Both the position numbers and the translations under genes were made by a program. The notes under the pieces were generated by a model. The model worked only from the letters and a program-made list of their open reading frames with translations. It was not told the origin of the DNA and did no database searches. From Candidatus Campbellbacteria bacterium RIFOXYC2_FULL_35_25 (lineage in GTDB: Bacteria; Patescibacteriota; Minisyncoccia; Phycocordibacterales; UBA12079), in contig MFAE01000002.1 in the NCBI GenBank assembly GCA_001774495.1, positions 42,372 through 106,371 of the forward strand: a stretch of DNA of 64,000 bases, written 5' to 3'. Below, in pieces: positions 60,145-64,000 of the stretch. Numbering within the stretch: position 1 is the stretch's first letter; every line of letters begins with the position of its first letter.

Positions 60145-60553
60145 ATATTCTTATTACTATACTATTATATTGTAAATAATACTACTTTTAACTGGTTGAT
60201 TATAAACGAAAAAGTTGATTATGTAAATTAAAAAATTAAGTCAATAAACAGAAGAAAAAAGTATAAAAAACTATTGCCACAGTTTTTTATGCCAAAAAAA
60301 CTTGTTAGCTTTGGTTTTTTTGAAAAACTGAATCTTACATTTAAAATAAAAATTAAGTTTTTAAAAAATATAAAATTTTTTAAAAAAAATAAAATATTTT
60401 TTATTTTTTTTTAAAAAACTTTTCCACAGTTTTTTCAAAAAAATATTCTTTTAAAATAAAAAAGTAGTATAATTAAAGTTAGGAAAAAGATTTTTTAATT
60501 TTGATTTTTAAAAAAAGGTCGATAGATATTTAATAATAAATAATTATTTTTAT

Positions 60554-60727
60554 ATGGCAACAAAAAAGAAAGTAGCAAAGAAGAAAGTTGTAAAGAAAGC
60601 TGTAAAGAAAGTAGCCGCAAAGAAGAAAGTTGTAAAGAAGGCTGTAAAGAAAGTAGCAGCAAAGAAGAAAGTTGTGAAGAAAGCTGTAAAGAAAGTAGCA
60701 AAGAAGAAAGCAACAAAGAAGAAATAG
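60554..60727 (+). CDS. Histone H1-like Lys/Ala/Val-repeat protein (57 aa, not in ORF track)
   Basis: MATKKKVA(KKKVVKKAVKKVAA)x2KKKVVKKAVKKVAKKKATKKK; synonymous variation between 42-bp repeats; terminator follows. Confidence 0.85.
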   Translation: MATKKKVAKKKVVKKAVKKVAAKKKVVKKAVKKVAAKKKVVKKAVKKVAKKKATKKK

Positions 60728-60800
60728 TTTCTTCTTGAAGAAACCACCGAATAGGTGGTTTTTTCTTTACATATGCAATCTAAAAATATACACTTTAAAA

Positions 60801-61886
60801 GTGCTTAAAACAAAGGGTAAAAAAGTGTTTGTTGGCTTATCAGGCGGGGTAGATTCGTCTGTTTCAGCCTCTCTATTAAAGAGACAAGGTTATGATGTAA
60901 CGGGTGTTTTTATAAAGGTTTGGCAACCCGAGTTTGTTAAGTGTGACTGGAGGGAGGACCGTCTTGATGCGATGAGAGTTTGTGCCAAACTGGATATTCC
61001 TTTTCTAGATTTAGATTTGGAAGAAGAATATAAAAAAGAAGTTTTTGATTACATGATTAAAGAGTACAAAGAAGGTAGGACTCCAAACCCAGACGTTATG
61101 TGTAACAAAAGTATTAAGTTTGGTGGATTTTTAAAATTTGCTTTAGATAGTGGAGCGGACTATGTTGCAACAGGACATTATGCGCACAATTTTTTTGAGG
61201 AAGGAAAATTTAAAATGTTAGCAGGAAAAGATAATAATAAAGATCAATCATATTTTTTGTGGACTCTCGGGCAGGAACAATTAAAATATATTCTTTTTCC
61301 TGTTGGTCATTTAGAAAAACCAGAGGTTAGAAAGATTGCAAAAAAAGATGACTTACTTACAGCGGAAAAAAAAGATAGCCAAGGGTTGTGTTTTGTTGGG
61401 ATGGTTGAGATGAAAGATTTCTTAAAAAGATTTTTGCCTGAAGAAAAAGGGGATATTTTAGATGAAGAAGGAAAAGTTATTGGAGAACACGATGGGGCTC
61501 ATTATTTTACCATCGGGCAAAGACATGGATTTTTGGTAACGGAAAAAACTCCTGAAGACAAACCTTATTTTGTTGTCTCAAAAGATGTTGTTAAGAATAC
61601 AATTATCGTATCTCAGAAACTACAAAAGAAAGATAGTTTTGACAGAAAAGAAATCATCATAAAAAATATTAGTTGGATTAGTGGAGAAAACCCAAATTTT
61701 GATAAAAAATATCAGGCTAGAATTCGTTACCGTCAAATCCTCCAAACCTGCAAAATTGACAGTACTCCGAGCACTGACAATTTAAAGGTTATTTTTGACG
61801 AACCACAAAAAGCCGTATCGGAAGGACAGTCATTGGTTATTTATGACGGAGAAGAGTGTTTAGGAGGAGGGGTGATTGGGGGGTAA
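60801..61886 (+). CDS. mnmA: tRNA 2-thiouridylase MnmA
   Basis: SGGVDSSV, GRTPNPDVMCN, ATGHY, KDQSYFL, DSQGLCF. Confidence 0.97.
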   Translation: MLKTKGKKVFVGLSGGVDSSVSASLLKRQGYDVTGVFIKVWQPEFVKCDWREDRLDAMRVCAKLDIPFLDLDLEEEYKKEVFDYMIKEYKEGRTPNPDVMCNKSIKFGGFLKFALDSGADYVATGHYAHNFFEEGKFKMLAGKDNNKDQSYFLWTLGQEQLKYILFPVGHLEKPEVRKIAKKDDLLTAEKKDSQGLCFVGMVEMKDFLKRFLPEEKGDILDEEGKVIGEHDGAHYFTIGQRHGFLVTEKTPEDKPYFVVSKDVVKNTIIVSQKLQKKDSFDRKEIIIKNISWISGENPNFDKKYQARIRYRQILQTCKIDSTPSTDNLKVIFDEPQKAVSEGQSLVIYDGEECLGGGVIGG

Positions 61887-62004
61887 CAAGTATTAAGTAG
61901 TAAGTATTAAGTATTTGGTAGAAATAGACTTTGGCTAAAAAATAATCTATCTTGGTTTTTGTTATTACTTTCTACTTTTTAATTTTTCATTTATAATATT
62001 CTAT

Positions 62005-62865
62005 ATGCATAAACAAATAAATATCACAAAAGCTGATGGGGAAAGAGAAATATTTGATATTACTAAATTGGAAAGTTCTTTAAAGAGAGCTGGTGCTAAT
62101 GATGGTACTGTGATGGAAATATCGCAAACGATAGAAGATGAGTTGGTTGAGGGGATGCATACAATGGAAATTTATAAAAGAGCCTTTTCTTTACTAAAGA
62201 AAAAAGAAAAAACGGCAGCCACAAGGTATTCCGTCCGTCGAGCTATTATGGATATGGGACCCAATGGTTTCCCTTTTGAGGATTTTGTTGGGGAAATTTT
62301 TAGAGCGAAAGGTTATCACGTTGAGGTTGGAAAAACAGTAAGGGGGTTTTGTGTTTTGCATGAGCTTGATATCACCGCAGAAAATGATAAGGAATTTATT
62401 GGAGCCGAAATCAAATTTCATAATAGTTCAGGGATTACATCTGACATAAAGACAGCTTTGTATGTTAAAGCCCGTTTTGATGATTTGGAGAAGGGGGATT
62501 TTTACAAAAAGATAGATAAAAAGAAGAAAAAGATAAAAATGCTTATTACTAACACTAAATTTTCTTCGAGAGCGGTTGACTACGGGGTTTGCGTTGGTTT
62601 AACAATGATTAGTTGGAATTACCCAGAAAAGGGTAATTTGCAAGATCTTATTGAAGAAAATAACTTACATCCCTTAACCTGTTTAACTTCTTTAAATAAA
62701 CAAGAAAAACTAAAGTTCTTAAATCAAGGAATAGTTTTGTGTCGTGAGATAAGGGGAGGGGGTGAAAATATTCTAGGCACAGTTGGTGTTCGTGGAAATA
62801 GGGTAAACCAAGTTTTGGAAGAGGCACGTAATTTGTGCCGACCAGGCTCATTTAGTAGCAATTAA
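62005..62865 (+). CDS. ATP-cone plus Mrr-like restriction endonuclease domain protein
   Basis: ITKADGE.E.FD..KL..SL..AGA; GFPFE, HELDI, EIKFH, ITNTKFS. Confidence 0.8.
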   Translation: MHKQINITKADGEREIFDITKLESSLKRAGANDGTVMEISQTIEDELVEGMHTMEIYKRAFSLLKKKEKTAATRYSVRRAIMDMGPNGFPFEDFVGEIFRAKGYHVEVGKTVRGFCVLHELDITAENDKEFIGAEIKFHNSSGITSDIKTALYVKARFDDLEKGDFYKKIDKKKKKIKMLITNTKFSSRAVDYGVCVGLTMISWNYPEKGNLQDLIEENNLHPLTCLTSLNKQEKLKFLNQGIVLCREIRGGGENILGTVGVRGNRVNQVLEEARNLCRPGSFSSN

Positions 62866-62956
62866 TTTAAAATTATGTACGATTTTTCAAAATTTTCCGC
62901 CAGAGGCGGATCCACCTCTGGCGGAAAAAATTAATATTAATCTAACCATTTACATT

Positions 62957-63505
62957 ATGTATAATTTTGTTGAATTTAAAAAAGAAATCAAAGAAATAGA
63001 AGATTGGTTGGCTAAAGAATTTTCTGGCATTAGGACTGGGATGGCTTCTCCAAATCTTCTGGATGGAGTTAGAGTTGAGAGTTATGGAGCTGTTTTGCCA
63101 ATAAATCAAGTTGCTAATATTGGAATAGAAAATGCTAGAACTCTCAGAGTGGCTCCATGGGATTTGTCTCAGGTTAAAGCTATTGAAAAAGCAATAACAC
63201 TCGCGGATTTAGGTGTTTCTATTTCAACTGATAGTAACGGGGTAAGAGTTTCTTTTCCAGAGTTAACTTCAGAGAGAAGAGGCGTGCTTATGAAAATGGC
63301 AAAAGAGAGATTAGAAAAAGCCAGAGTTTCTCTTCGAGGAGAGAGGGATAGTGTTTGGGAGGAAATTCAAAAACAAGAAAAAGATGGAGAACTAAGTGAA
63401 GACGAGAAATTTAGGTTAAAAGAAGAAATGCAAAAAATAGTAGATGAAACAAACAGAAAATTTGAAGAGGTTCTCGCAAAAAAAGAAAAAGAGATAAGTT
63501 TATAA
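62957..63505 (+). CDS. frr: Ribosome recycling factor
   Basis: IRTGMASP, V.SYG...PINQVA, FPELTSERR, KEKEI. Confidence 0.96.
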   Translation: MYNFVEFKKEIKEIEDWLAKEFSGIRTGMASPNLLDGVRVESYGAVLPINQVANIGIENARTLRVAPWDLSQVKAIEKAITLADLGVSISTDSNGVRVSFPELTSERRGVLMKMAKERLEKARVSLRGERDSVWEEIQKQEKDGELSEDEKFRLKEEMQKIVDETNRKFEEVLAKKEKEISL

Positions 63506-63978
63506 TGGAAATTCAAAATCAAGAACTTCATAGAGTTACTTCTACTGCGATTATTTATAAAGACGGTAAATATTTGATTACCCAGAGAAGTAAAGAAAAA
63601 AAAGCTTTCCCTGGAAAGTGGACTGTCCCTGGCGGTGGATTGGAAACCGATGATTATGTCCACAATCCTCCTTCTACAGCGGCAGGTCAATGGTATTCCG
63701 CAATAGAAACTTCTTTGAGGAGAGAAATTATGGAAGAGTGTAATATAGAAGTTGGGAAATTAAATTATCTTATAGATGTTGCATTTATAGCACCAGGAGG
63801 AAAACCGGTTATTGTTTTGAGTTTTTATTGTGACTACAAAGTAGGTGAAATTAAGTTAGATGACGATAGTATTGATTACGCTTGGGTGACCGCCGAAGAA
63901 GCAAAAAATTATGATTTGATAGACGGGATTGCGGAGGAGATTGAGATGGTGGAAAAAATCAAGCAGAGCTTGAGTTAG
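63505..63978 (+). CDS. NUDIX hydrolase
   Basis: W.VPGGGLE...LRREIMEEC. Confidence 0.88.
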   Translation: MEIQNQELHRVTSTAIIYKDGKYLITQRSKEKKAFPGKWTVPGGGLETDDYVHNPPSTAAGQWYSAIETSLRREIMEECNIEVGKLNYLIDVAFIAPGGKPVIVLSFYCDYKVGEIKLDDDSIDYAWVTAEEAKNYDLIDGIAEEIEMVEKIKQSLS

Positions 63979-64000
63979 TGCCAAGTATCAAGTATCGGGT

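Noticed and set aside
60150-60540. Replication origin
   Set aside because: Only two imperfect DnaA-box-like words, no dnaA/dnaN, and no change in gene orientation
60495-60747. Minus-strand low-complexity ORFs (73 and 65 aa)
   Set aside because: Antisense shadows of the H1-like gene

Overview
AT-rich bacterial chromosome segment. The 16S signatures, intron-riddled 23S, pilin-leader proteins and reduced gene set suggest a Patescibacteria (CPR, Parcubacteria-like) genome; this is an inference. The window opens with the 3' part of a 23S rRNA gene split by three group I introns. One sits in the sarcin-ricin loop and encodes a LAGLIDADG endonuclease. A structured ~345-nt spacer element and 5S rRNA follow. 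An unlinked 16S rRNA lies 40 kb away; it lacks the anti-Shine-Dalgarno tail and carries a repeat-like insert in helix 40. Also present are tRNA-Ile, tRNA-Gln, tRNA-Tyr and housekeeping genes (rodA, thrS with a compact T-box, miaA, khpA, trmD, secD, secF, murC, prfB, ftsEX, clpB, mnmA, frr). Main novel signals: (1) two gene classes, namely conserved genes that are leaderless or SD-less, and about 16 interspersed, mostly orphan cassettes with a strong SD and usually a sigma70 promoter and GC-rich terminator, although this 16S cannot pair with an SD; (2) covarying branched elements built from antisense and sense copies of each tRNA's own 3' end; (3) a cassette array delimited by a 30-bp palindrome, including an ORF-less RNA cassette and a sigma4/alphaCTD fusion; (4) several palindromic element families that have entered proteins in frame and the rRNA. 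All calls come from reading the sequence; no searches were run.
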